Of a stretch of 64,000 nt of DNA, positions 11,755-25,805 are shown one piece after another (the first letter of the stretch is position 1; every line of letters begins with the position of its first letter). The DNA comes from Dimorphilus gyrociliatus. Its lineage: Eukaryota; Animalia; Annelida. The position numbers were made by a program, and so were the translations under genes. The notes beneath the pieces were generated by a model, which saw nothing but the letters and a program-made list of their open reading frames with translations, ran no database searches and was not told the origin of the DNA. The stretch lies in contig CAJFCJ010000011.1 of the NCBI GenBank assembly GCA_904063045.1, positions 372,001-436,000 of the forward strand. The letters run 5' to 3'.

Positions 11755-14242
11755 ATGAAGTCGCTTCTCTTACTACTTCTATTCTCTTTTGTTGTCCAGT
11801 CGGCAGCTTTTTTCGGTTCAGACTTTTTGAAGAAGTTATTCCCGAATCTCGCTGGAAATAAAGACGTAAATTATATTTGCTTCTCCAGACAATTGATTCG
11901 AGTGTTTGATAATCATATCGTTTTCATTTGTTATAGGAAATTAATAATGTCAAAGAAACGTTAGATGATACAAGATTAAGATTTATCCCTGTGAAATCGC
12001 CTGAAATTAAAAAGGTAAGATATTGAGAATCTTTTAAATTTGTCATGTGACCGAGCCGTTTGTTTATTGTCCTAGCAATTGGACGAGACTCTGTCACACT
12101 TACCAACTGCAATTGACCAGAAAAAGGCTGGGGAGGGTGATCAATTCTCTGCCGGTAGTTACGATGGTCGAACTGAAGAAACTAAAAACAAATTTGTTGC
12201 TGGCAGCTACGATGGCCGTTCTGATGAAAAGAAGAACGAATTCATTGCTGGAACTTATGATGGAAGATCTGAAGAAAAGAAGAACCAGTTCATTGCTGGA
12301 AGCTACGATGGAAGATCTGATGAGAAGAAGAACCAATTCATTGCTGGAAGTTATGATGGAAGATCTGATGAGAAGAAGAACCAATTCATTGCTGGAAGTT
12401 ATGATGGAAGATCTGATGAGAAGAAGAACCAATTCATTGCTGGAAGTTATGATGGAAGATCTGATGAGAAGAAGAACCAATTCATTGCTGGAAGTTATGA
12501 TGGAAGATCTGATGAGAAGAAGAACCAATTCATTGCTGGAAGTTATGATGGAAGATCTGATGAGAAGAAGAACCAATTCATTGCTGGAAGTTATGATGGA
12601 AGATCTGATGAGAAGAAGAACCAATTCATTGCTGGAAGCTATGATGGAAGATCTGACGAGAAGAAGAACCAATTCATTGCAGGCAGTTACGATGGCAGAT
12701 CTGACGAGAAGAAGAACGAATTCATCGCTGGAACTTATGATGGACGTTCTGATGAAAAGAAGAACGAATTCATCGCTGGAACTTATGATGGTAGATCTGA
12801 TGAGAAAAAGAACGAATTCATTGCTGGAACTTATGATGGAAGATCTGATGAAAAGAAGAACGAATTCATCGCTGGAACTTATGATGGACGTTCTGATGAA
12901 AAGAAGAACGAATTCATCGCTGGAACTTATGATGGACGTTCTGATGAAAAGAAGAACGAATTCATCGCTGGAACTTATGATGGACGTTCTGATGAAAAGA
13001 AGAACCAATTCATCGCTGGAAGTTATGATGGAAGATCTGATGAAAAGAAGAACGAATTCATCGCTGGAACTTATGATGGACGTTCTGATGAAAAGAAGAA
13101 CCAATTCATCGCTGGAACTTATGATGGAAGATCTGATGAGAAGAAGAACCAATTCATTGCAGGCAGTTACGATGGCAGATCTGACGAGAAGAAGAACGAA
13201 TTCATCGCTGGAACTTATGATGGACGTTCTGACGAGAAGAAGAACGAATTCATCGCTGGAACTTATGATGGTAGATCTGATGAAAAGAAGAACGAATTCA
13301 TCGCTGGAACTTATGATGGTAGATCTGATGAGAAGAAGAACGAATTCATTGCTGGAACTTATGACGGTAGATCTGACGAGAAGAAGAACAACCAATTCAT
13401 TGCAGGCAGTTATGATGGTAGATCTGATGAAAAGAAGAACGAATTCATTGCTGGAAGCTATGATGGAAGATCTGATGAGAAGAAGAACCAATTCATTGCT
13501 GGAAGTTTCGATGGACGTTCTGATGAGAAGAACCAATTCGTTGCTGGAAGTTTCGATGGACGTTCTGATGAGAAGAAGAACCAATTCGTTGCTGGAAGTT
13601 TCGATGGACGTTCTGATGAGAAGAAGAACGAATTCATTGCCGGAAGTTATGATGGACGTTCTGATGAGAAGAAGAACCAATTCGTTGCTGGAAGTTATGA
13701 TGACCAGAAAAACACTTTGAGTGCTGGTAGCTTTGATGGGCGACACGGCGAACATATTAGACAAAGATTAAACTTTTTCGGAACTTCTGATGAAACACCC
13801 GAATCAAACAAGAATTTCGCTGGTTCCTTTGATGGTAGAAAGGAAACAAGGCATCATCATCATGAAGGAAAAATTAACCGTAAAAATTTTGTTGCTGGAA
13901 CTTTCGATGAGTTAGATAATAGAGCTAGACAATTTTCGCATGACTTCTTACCCTTTGAGGAGGACAAGGCTGACAATGCACTCGATAAAAACTTGAAAAA
14001 TACTGCCCAAGGTAAGTTAATAGTTGTTGAATAGAAATAAAGGTTTGATTATACGTTTCATTAATTTAGAAATTGCTGAAGATAGTAAAATGAACAATGT
14101 TCAATTTGAATCAGGAAATATTTCTGATGGTAAAGAAATTATTGGCAAATATGTCAAAATTTCTGGAAATATGGATGAAGACTTTAGTCATCCATTCATG
14201 GAGCTCTTGAAGCAAATCTCAAAAAGAGCTGATATGAAATAA
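11755..14242 (+). CDS. Secreted multi-copy peptide precursor (neuropeptide-like), 765 aa, 4 exons (11755-11865, 11937-12014, 12076-14011, 14070-14242)
   Basis: Signal peptide MKSLLLLLLFSFVVQSAA. It has 32 contiguous units of SDE-KK-N[QE]F[IV]AG[ST][YF]D-GR plus 2 dispersed DGR copies. All splice junctions are in phase. Confidence 0.9.
12124..13700 (+). repeat. 48-bp coding tandem array (about 33 units)
   Basis: Period of 48 nt checked unit by unit, with one 51-nt and one 45-nt unit. Confidence 0.97.
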
Positions 14243-14547
14243 GAAAACAATTTTCTTTTAATTTTATGCCATTTATGTTTTCTGCATCAGCATGTAAACA
14301 ATTTAATAATAATAATTTCTAATAAAACAATTAACAGTGTTTTTATCTTTGAGTTGTTTTTTCTCTAGAGGGCGTAACTACTTTTTCTGAAAAGGAAAAT
14401 TAACAAAAAGGGCTATTATGACCTAAAATTCATTGAACTCTGAATAACTGATATTTCTATGCTGTATTGTTTGATTAGAATTTCGGATACAATAGAACAA
14501 TATAATGGATGTATTAGCCATGAGAAAAATGTTCTTTATTGAGTTTT

Positions 14548-17500
14548 TTAGTCAACAACTGGCAATTCCTCCTCCTCTTCTTTTATTAAGCCTAGCTCCC
14601 TTAAGAAGACATGTTCAGCCTCTAAAAAGGATTGATATTCTTGCTTTTGACGATATTGAACTTCTTCGTCAGTTAGTTGGTGTTGAGGAGCTATTCCAGC
14701 TTTTAGTTTAGCTTCTGCTTCCATCTGCCTCTTTTCATTTTCTCTAAAGTCCCAACGTTCAACGACAAAAGCTCGTCTATTGACTTCGCGCTCAACGTAA
14801 TTAGCGAAAGCTTTACCCTCTTTATCGGCTGGATTGCGAAGACTAGCTGGAACCTATAAATGCACAGATGATGGTTTTCTTTAGAAAACATTACTCAGTT
14901 ATATAAACCCAATACCTCAAGGATGTGAAGTGTTCCAGAAGCATCAGAGACTGCGATTAACTGCTGTCGAGGTGTTACTCTATGAGGATAAATTGCTGTT
15001 ATTGGAGAAGTACTGATGCTCTGCGTTAAACTCGGTTCGTGTGTTCTATCTAATAGATCCCAAACATCAATTGATCCGTCATCCCTTCCTACATAAAATA
15101 CGGATGGTCTAGAAGGAGACCAGTGTGCAATCTTTAGGCGGCGTTTACTAGCCGATGATTGTACAATTGGACCTGAAGAAACACCCTCTTTCCATATGGT
15201 AAAATTCCAGCCACCTACGCACAGAATAACATCCTTGAAGAACGGATTTCGACTAAGCGATACAATCGGACCAGCATGCAGAGAATGATAATAATCAGCC
15301 TTAGGCGTTTGAATCTTTCCTGTATCTTGATCTTTTTGAGGCATCCAATCAACATAAACCAGTTCACCGTCTTCAGTTCCGACATAAAAGTGCGTATTCA
15401 ACATTGTCAAAGCTCTTTTATGCCCCGAACCTGGTTTAATCGTATTGGCAAGACCAGAGAGACCAGCTGCTTTTTCTTTTTCTCTTTCCAACTGATCTAA
15501 CTCCTCAACTGAAATATTTCATTAAAAATATACAGGAGAATACAATATAAGGCATAAAAAATATTGATTTCATACGTATTTTCTTGTCACCATGCTTCTC
15601 GGCTATTGAGAATTTCGTAGGACTGTGATCCCCTCCAGGTTCTGATTTAGGTAATGTAACTCGCAAGAGCGGCTTCCAAGCTAGATCCAAGTGTCTGAAA
15701 GTAGTTGGTATATTCATAGGATTTGGTTCCTTTGTCAATTTGTCCATTAGCTGCTGATGCTGTACAGTCTTTGGAGGTCTGGTATCCCAGAAGAGAACCA
15801 CACTGTTGTAAATTAACAATAGACAGTAAGAAACTAATATTCATATATCAAAGTATGCTTTAAAGTGATTTATAAAATAAAGGACTGTTTCTTCTAAACG
15901 AACAGAGAATATTTGAGGAAAATAAATAACGATAGAAAAAACACACAAAGATTATGATTGATTTTTTAATTCATGCGAAAAGTGCTCATTATTATGAACT
16001 TTAAGGGATTCTTTGAATTTTTGTAAAGTACATTTATTGTGACCATATCGGCATGCTGTAATATCCTCGTCCTACCCTCCATCGCCTACATATTCCTCCC
16101 AATCATCCTCGATATTGTCAGCTTTCTTTTTCTTTTTTTTTTTTGATTTTTCTATCTCTTGCTCCTTATGAGGTTCTTCCGTGCTAGGAAACTCAGTGTG
16201 TAGGGGTATGGAAGTACTAGTTGTTATCGAAGAGATAGAATTGTTTATTTAAATGCTAGTAATCGTTGAAATTTTGTTAATAAGATTATATTTTGGCTAA
16301 ATTTGTTTGTTAGAGGGAAAGAAAAAGAGAGAACATCATTTTAATGTTTAAATTAATACATACTGATCAACGGAGCAAGTCATTAATTGAACGCAGGAGT
16401 TTTCCTTATTCTCTAAGGGAACGCCTAAGCGATTAATCTGTAAAAATTCATTAATTTCTTATATTTGATTAATTAAACATAGAATATTCAACAGAAAAGA
16501 ATCATAAAAAAAATAATAAACCTCCATATGACCAGGAACCCATTTCAAATCAGTTACAGGTCCTTTGTGAGAATGTTCTATATTTGATACAGCACAGTAG
16601 CGAACTTTTATGTGATCTGGACTTTCCTCCTCGAACTGTTCATCATATTTATTACTTAATTCTAGATAAACAAAACTTATAATCTATATTTAACCTAAAG
16701 CCTAAAAAAAATAACATCCGCTTAAAATTACTTCGATTTAAACCTCAAAATGTTTTGGAATCCATTTTAAATCGGCTATTTGATCACTGTGACCAATACT
16801 TGGCGTGCTACGGACAACCCATTTAATTCTGGGTATTTGAGATTCACTCAAAAACTATTTAGATATTCAATATTTACGAAAACTTCTTCAATATTTTTTT
16901 AATAGTAAACTTACAGCTGTATTGAAGTTTTTCTTTTTCTGCGTTCTTTGGGTTTTCAACCTTTGTGAGTAGTTAGTTATATCCCATAAAACTAGTTGAC
17001 CATTTACACAGCCTCCTGCAATTATGTTTGGATCGGATGGATTAAATTTAAAGACAACAATGTCATCTGGTGCCTCGAGTACTAGCTGAGGTCGGATAGG
17101 ATCGTGAAACGACCAAATAAGTATCAGGGATGGAGTCATAAGAATTTTTGCGGATTGATCAACTCTTTCGTCAAATGATACTCTTTCAGTAATAGAGACA
17201 GCAATAATACCCCTAATTGTAGGATGCCATTCAATGCAGCTAATACTCTTTTCTTTAGAAAATTGAAGATCTGTAAAACTCTGATACTCTTTCAAATGAT
17301 TATCAGCCTTGGAACCTAAAGCTGAATCATCTCCAGCTAATTCTGCCCAGTCATCGTAGAAGACATCTATAATTTCATTCTGCTGTAAAGCAACGTGAAA
17401 ACGAGGTAAGCATTTTTCTATAACATCGAACATCTCCTTGCTATTGAATATTTCTTCTCGCTCCTTTTCCTCCATTTCACGTGGTACATATTGGACAGCA

Positions 17501-19286
17501 GCATTTTTCGGATAAGGCCAGGCAGTTTGAGCATAATTTTCTTGTATTTCGGGAACAGCTTGAGTTCCTTTATCAATTTCTTGACGCTTCAAATCAAAAG
17601 ACTTTTCTTCGAAAGGAGCGCATTCTACATAGTCGAAAGCCGGTCTTTTTTCTTTATCGACACGATCACCCAACTCAATAGGAGCTCCAAACTCTTTATG
17701 AGCTTTTTCTAAAGTCATTCGAAGCTAGTAGGAATCAGAAGTTTAAAATTGACATCTTCTTTCTAATAAAGATTATCTTACCAAAGTTCTATTGAGTACT
17801 GTATGACTATTAATAATTTCTTTTTCAGAACCCTGACTTGTCCAAAGTTTTGAAACAGGTGGTACATATTTTGGAATTTCCTCTTCGACTTCTTCACCTT
17901 CAGTCTCAGTAGGAGGCTGTTAAAAGGAGTTATTTAATGAATACAAACAATACAAACAAGCAATAAACTCTGTCATCTTATTTACCGTTAGAATAAAATT
18001 TTTAGCTTCTTCTGTGAAGGCGATGAAAAAATTCTGACCAAAAGACCAATCTCGATCATAGCAGAGAAGCATTTCCTCTCCTTCATAGTCGGTTATCTTT
18101 TGATTGAATATTTGAAAATCAGACACTGCTGCTCTATTGTATATATCTTGTAGCAAGTCGTCTTTTTTAAGAAGAATATATGGATTTTCTAGAGTAACGT
18201 CTTTATCGACGGTACAATTGAAAAGTTCCTGCGTTGACGCAGAAAGGAAGATTGGTTCACAATTCTCGGGTAGTTCAACCACTACTCTATGCTCTATTTT
18301 TTTTGGGGAGGAAAAGAAATTATTAAAGATTTGTTTGAAGGAAGAAATGAAAGATAAAATTTACTGATAGTTGTTTCAGCTGCTGGAGATGAAGTTTCTT
18401 TTTCTTCTAATTCACTTTTGGCTAGAATCGCAGAAATGGGCTTTAATTTTGTGAAATAAACATATTAAGAATTTAGTTTCCTTTTTCTAATAAAACCTCG
18501 TTTGACACGGTTTTTCATGAAACTAGACGATTTTAATCTTTGAACAGGATTCAAAAATTCTCTAGGTAGTTTACTTAATTTTTTAAGTGAATGATTATCT
18601 TGTATTTCAAGTTTTGTATTCTTACTATCTTCCTTATTCTTACTAATTTCGCGAGTTTTTGTTTTTATTTTTTTCCGTTTAGAGATTGGATATAAGGAAC
18701 TATCATCTGCCTCTAAAGCTGCGACTTGGATGATTTCTGATTTAGCCTCATTTAATGATATTTCATGTGTATTTATTCTATCATTCCCTGTATGCTCTTG
18801 TCGTGACTCTCTACTACTGATAGTAAGGATACTTTTTCCTTTCCCGATTTGAAAATTGTTTTCATATCTTAAAATCATTGACAAGATCAACTAACCTGAT
18901 GCTCTTTCCTTCTTTTTAGCTGATTTTTCCTTTGCTGGACTTTTTGACCGTTTTCCAGATACCTCGCTTTTTGCACTCATAGGATTTGATTTTTTTCCAC
19001 TTTTTGCGGTGCTTGGCTTTGAAGCTTCACCTTTACCTGATGCTCGTGACGGAGACGAAGCTTTAACAGAGCCTTTTCTACTGGTGGCCTGCAAGTTGTC
19101 GATCTAATTAAAAACTGCATGATCGGTGTACAACTTAACCTTTTCTTTTTCTTCTACAGGAGTCGCATCTTGTTGGTGTTCGGGACTTGCTGCCTCAGAT
19201 TTATCTTCGGCAACAGCCACCTCTCCTTCTACAGGAGTTTTTGCTCCCGCAACAGGAGTATCTCGCTTATCAGGAGATTCAGACAT
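14548..19286 (-). CDS. DNAI3: Dynein axonemal intermediate chain WDR63/IC140, multi-exon, with a low-complexity N-terminal extension
   Basis: PENCEPIFLSASTQELF, SLILIWSFHDPIRPQLVLEAPDD..FNPSDPNIIAGGCVNGQ, FYVGTEDGE, WSPSRPSVF and IDVWDLLDRTHEP. The 5' exon linkage is less certain. Confidence 0.85.
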
Positions 19287-19544
19287 TATTTATCAAACTT
19301 ATAGACACTACTGTTTAAAAGTAAATTTCACGTTCAAAACAGCGCCATATTGAAACTATAGAATTGTCATAGTAACAGCGGAAACTGGTGAAGCGCTATT
19401 GGCGCATATTTAAAAAAGGCGGGAGTTATGTATTTTCTTAAAACCCTTTGACAAGGTCGGCAGGGAAAGTTCAAAAAAAAAATTTATAACAGTATAAATA
19501 ATTTACATAAACTAGCTTTTTTTGATGTTTAATTCACAAATGCA

Positions 19545-20422
19545 CTATGAAACTTCCATTTCTTCACGAGAGTTTCCATTAATTGGCAATATTCCATTAT
19601 TCTGAGTTTGAGAACCTGCACAATTATCTTCTAATTGGGAGCTATTTTCCTTTGCAGGAGCATCCATAGTTGACTCGTTAATATTGGAATTGTTTAGTTG
19701 AACGCCTGATTCATCAGCATTTTCTTTCTCCTCTTCCTTATCCCAGGTTATTTGAAAGCGAGTAACTCTCGGTTTGGTGGCCAAAATACTTCTTTCAATC
19801 TATTAAGAAATTAATTTTATTGTTGATTTCGTTGAGCGCATGCGTGAATATCAATAAATTCACACTACTATTAACGTCGTAATTAATTACGTCATCTAAA
19901 GTACTCACTAATTCATACTGGGGAGTTTGGGGTGGATTTTCCCTTAATTCAGGTTCAGAGTAATCATTATTTACATAATAACCAACGCGAATGAATTCTT
20001 GTTTTCTATAAGAACAAGTTAATAATACCACAGTTACTCCAATTACGTCTTCAATTGGAATTAGGTTGACTTTTGGGGACTCAGCCTTTTATGAAAGAAC
20101 ATTGTTAATGGTTGTAACATTGGATGAAAACATTAATGCTCACCTCAAAAACAAACATATGCCTTCCTGGAGTTAGAGGACCCACTAAAACTGAATCAAG
20201 AACCTGATCATATTCGGCACTCTCTGCAGAACCTACATAGATGATTTTCCATTCGAGGTCTGCAAATTTGCATACATGTATTTCTGGTTAGCGATTATTT
20301 AGACAGATTTTACCTTCTTGTAAATCCTCCATGCACTCAAAAGTTATTTCAAATTTAAAATTACTTAGAAACGGCGACGGGTTTTCTAAAACATTAACGT
20401 TGATGATATTTACGGTAGACAT
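19545..20422 (-). CDS. ASF1: Histone chaperone ASF1
   Basis: [18 protein letters not shown]...FEITFEC...[25 protein letters not shown]...[22 protein letters not shown]. Confidence 0.96.
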
Positions 20423-20884
20423 TCCAGGATTCTGAATTAATCAAATTTCGCAAAAGTTTTTGATCTGAAATGGCTTCCTTAGATTGCACAGTAAACGTAG
20501 ATTACTGATATCAAGAAATAATTTTAGTAGAAATCCTGATAAAATTAAGAATTGCAAATTAAACTGATTTGGGTGATTTTTCCGCGCAATACTTCGCCGG
20601 CCGTAATGCGCATGCTCCTCACAAAACGGGTGATATGGGTTCAATTCCATTGTATTCCAAATTTGGTCTTTCTGTAACGAAACATGTAACCAATCTAATA
20701 CTAAAAACATTTCTTAAAAAGGAAATCTTAAGGATATCCCCTCTATTCTAAAAGTCAACCACCGGACAACCATCTGGTCGATAGTTGCCGAATAGTCGCG
20801 TGACATCATAAATATTTACAAAGGCGGAAAGTCGAAGAATTATGATTACATAGCAAAATATCTACTGATCGAATCATTAAGACT

Positions 20885-22412
20885 ATGGAAGATAAAAAGA
20901 AAATGGCCGTCCGGCCGTTTGTGAATAAACTCAAATTGAACTGGCCACAAAAAGTGCAAATAGCAGTCATGTCGCTGTTTGTCGCTCCAATACGTGTTTG
21001 TCTGGTAATTTTCTTCGTAACAACGGCGTGGTGTTTCGCCAAAATAGGTCTCTATGGCCATGATCCAAGACGTCCAATGTCATTCTGGAGAAATTTTATC
21101 TTCAGACCTCTAGTGGTTAATTGTTGCCGGTTAATGTTTGCGGGAGGTGGCTTTTATTGGGCAAAGTTCACTGGCGAAAGAGTGTCTGCCGCAAGAGCAC
21201 CAATTCTTGTTATTGCTCCTCATTCGACCTTCTTTGACGCACTCATTATTGTTAAATTAGGTCTAACAACAGTCGTAGCCAAATCTGGTGCCGCAAATGT
21301 GCCATTATTTGGAACACTTCTTCAGTTTTGTCAAGCCATTTTTGTAGATAGGGAGGATCAAAATTCAAGGCAAAATACTATACAAACGATGAAGGATAGA
21401 TCAGCAACAGGCGGGAAATGGCCACAAATAGCAATTTTTCCAGAAGGAACATGTACAAATCGAACGTGTGTACTGAAATACAAATCAGGTGCATTTTTAC
21501 CAGGGGTTCCAGTTCAACCCGTAGTAGTCCGTTATCCAAATGAATTAGACACTTACAGTTGGACATGGCGTGGTATTGGAGTTTGGAAGATATTCTGGTT
21601 TACGCTATGCCAGCCATTTAGCCGCTTCGAAATGCATTTCCTTCCAGTTCATGATCCGTCTGAAGAAGAGCGTCAGAATCCTACTCTATTTGGTGAAAAT
21701 GTTCGAAACGAAATGGCAAGAGCTCTTGGCGTTCCTACATCTGAATATTCTGTCGACGACTGTCTCCTGATGGATTATTCTGATCATTTATTACTACGTG
21801 GCATACAATTGGCAGAAAATATGGTTCAATTTCGATTTCACTTTCGACAAATTAAGGAGTTAACAAAAGAAAATATCTCCAATTCGATCTTATCTACCTT
21901 ACAATCAACATATGCTGATAATTCTAGTATTACGAGAGATGAATTGGTCAATATATTAGATATAAAAACGGAAGCTAGTGAAGAACGTTTAACACTTGCC
22001 TTGTCAACAATAAATGAAACGTGCGAAAAAGTCAATTGGAGAAAATTTTTTGCAATTATATCATTTTACAGCTATCCATATAATATGAGGAAGTCACTTA
22101 TGTCTTTATTGATATCTTACAAGAAAGGTCAGCAACCACTGTTAGGGAAGGATATTCTACAGCTTTTTACTCAAGTGCTTAATTCTTCAACGGAACTTTT
22201 TCAAATTCTGCAAAACCTTTTCGAAGAGGAGAAGCTATACGCAGAAGGTAAGATATATTACTTCTATAAAAACAAATTCATCACTATTTGTAATATTGAA
22301 TTTTTCAGATGAAATTGAAGAGCTTTTAAAAATGGATGAGAAAACATCATTTTTAATTTTTGATAACAAAAGGTCAAGACATAAAGATTTCGAAAAGTTG
22401 AAATCCAGTTAG
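20885..22412 (+). CDS. LPCAT: Lysophosphatidylcholine acyltransferase (LPCAT1/2-like), 2 exons
   Basis: Acyltransferase motifs APHSTFFD (HxxxxD), FVDRED, IFPEGTCTN and PVQPVVVRYPN. Confidence 0.88.
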
Positions 22413-23287
22413 CTTTTATTTTTGGATACATAGGGGATATTTGATAAATCTATTTAAAATCTTTGTCTATTTAATAATCTTCGCCCACATTTATACTCTT
22501 GCTGTAATCTCTCTTTTCTCTTCATTGTCTAGGGGAGGGAATTTTGCTTGAATCTTATAGTTTATTTTTTTAAGCTTTTCTTTTGCTGCTTTAAGATCTA
22601 ATTAAATACACTTTTCTTCCATACTTGTAACGCTTTTTTGATTACTTAAAACTCAAGAATCTTTCTATTTATCTGGATATTATATTTAACTGTTCATATT
22701 TCTTATTTATATTGCTTAATTTGAATGATACTAATCTAGTGATTAAAAAATGAAAATTGTTAAAAAAGTTAGTTTTAAACTCTTGCTTGCTATATTAGTA
22801 TGCTTTCTGTTTAGGAAATTAATTAAACAATCGAGAAATCTCAAATCGAAGTGTTTAAAGTTAAATACATTTGTTCGTTTTGTTGAAATTTTTTTAACTA
22901 TCCGGAGTTTAATTGCTTGTGACCTTAAATTTATTGACCTCAAAGTATTATCTTATGAACTAGGAAATGCATAACTGTTAAAAAAGCACGTGACATAGTG
23001 AACGAATCGTCGTCAATGTTTCAATATACAATATTTCGGTTTTACGCGTTTCACTTCCGTTTCTCTTGGCCAATCAGCTAAGAGATTCCATTCTAGACTT
23101 GCCGGGCCGACGTGGACGCTTGTATATTAAATTCTAAACTAAAAAAGGTTTGTAACAAATTTACAGATTATCATAAGTTTAGGAAAGATTAGAATATTGT
23201 TTTTTAGAGTAGCCTGCAAGGCCTTGAGAGCTAACAACTTTTGATTTAGCTTTTATTCATAGTTTTTGTTTTACAGGAGTTGGCATT

Positions 23288-25621
<2,334 letters not shown>

Positions 25622-25805
25622 GTTATAATAATTGCTATAAAAAGTATAGCATTTTTATAAATGGTTAATTATTTTGCTCAATCGAGAGATACTTTATCGT
25701 TATATTATTATTAAATGCGATGTCTTTAGAAACAAGTGTCCATCAATAAAATATTACACCATTCAGTCATTTTGTTTTTTTTTTCTGATAAATAAGACTG
25801 ATCAG

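Noticed and set aside
12124-13700. CRISPR-like or non-coding satellite interpretation of the array
   Set aside because: There are no unique spacers, the period is a multiple of 3, and the array lies inside a spliced eukaryotic coding exon.
12047-13764. 557-aa alternative-frame ORF and 554-aa antisense ORF over the repeat array
   Set aside because: Both are shadows of a 48-nt unit that happens to lack stops in those frames. Only the KK..GR frame links to the signal-peptide exons and shows synonymous-site variation.
14703-14891. 62-aa ORF as the DNAI3 terminal exon
   Set aside because: Wrong frame. The in-phase last exon reads VPASLRNP...LPVVD* and ends at 14548.
22743-22974. Overlapping short ORFs between LPCAT and STT3A
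   Set aside because: AT-driven K/L/I/F composition, no splice support and no recognisable motif.
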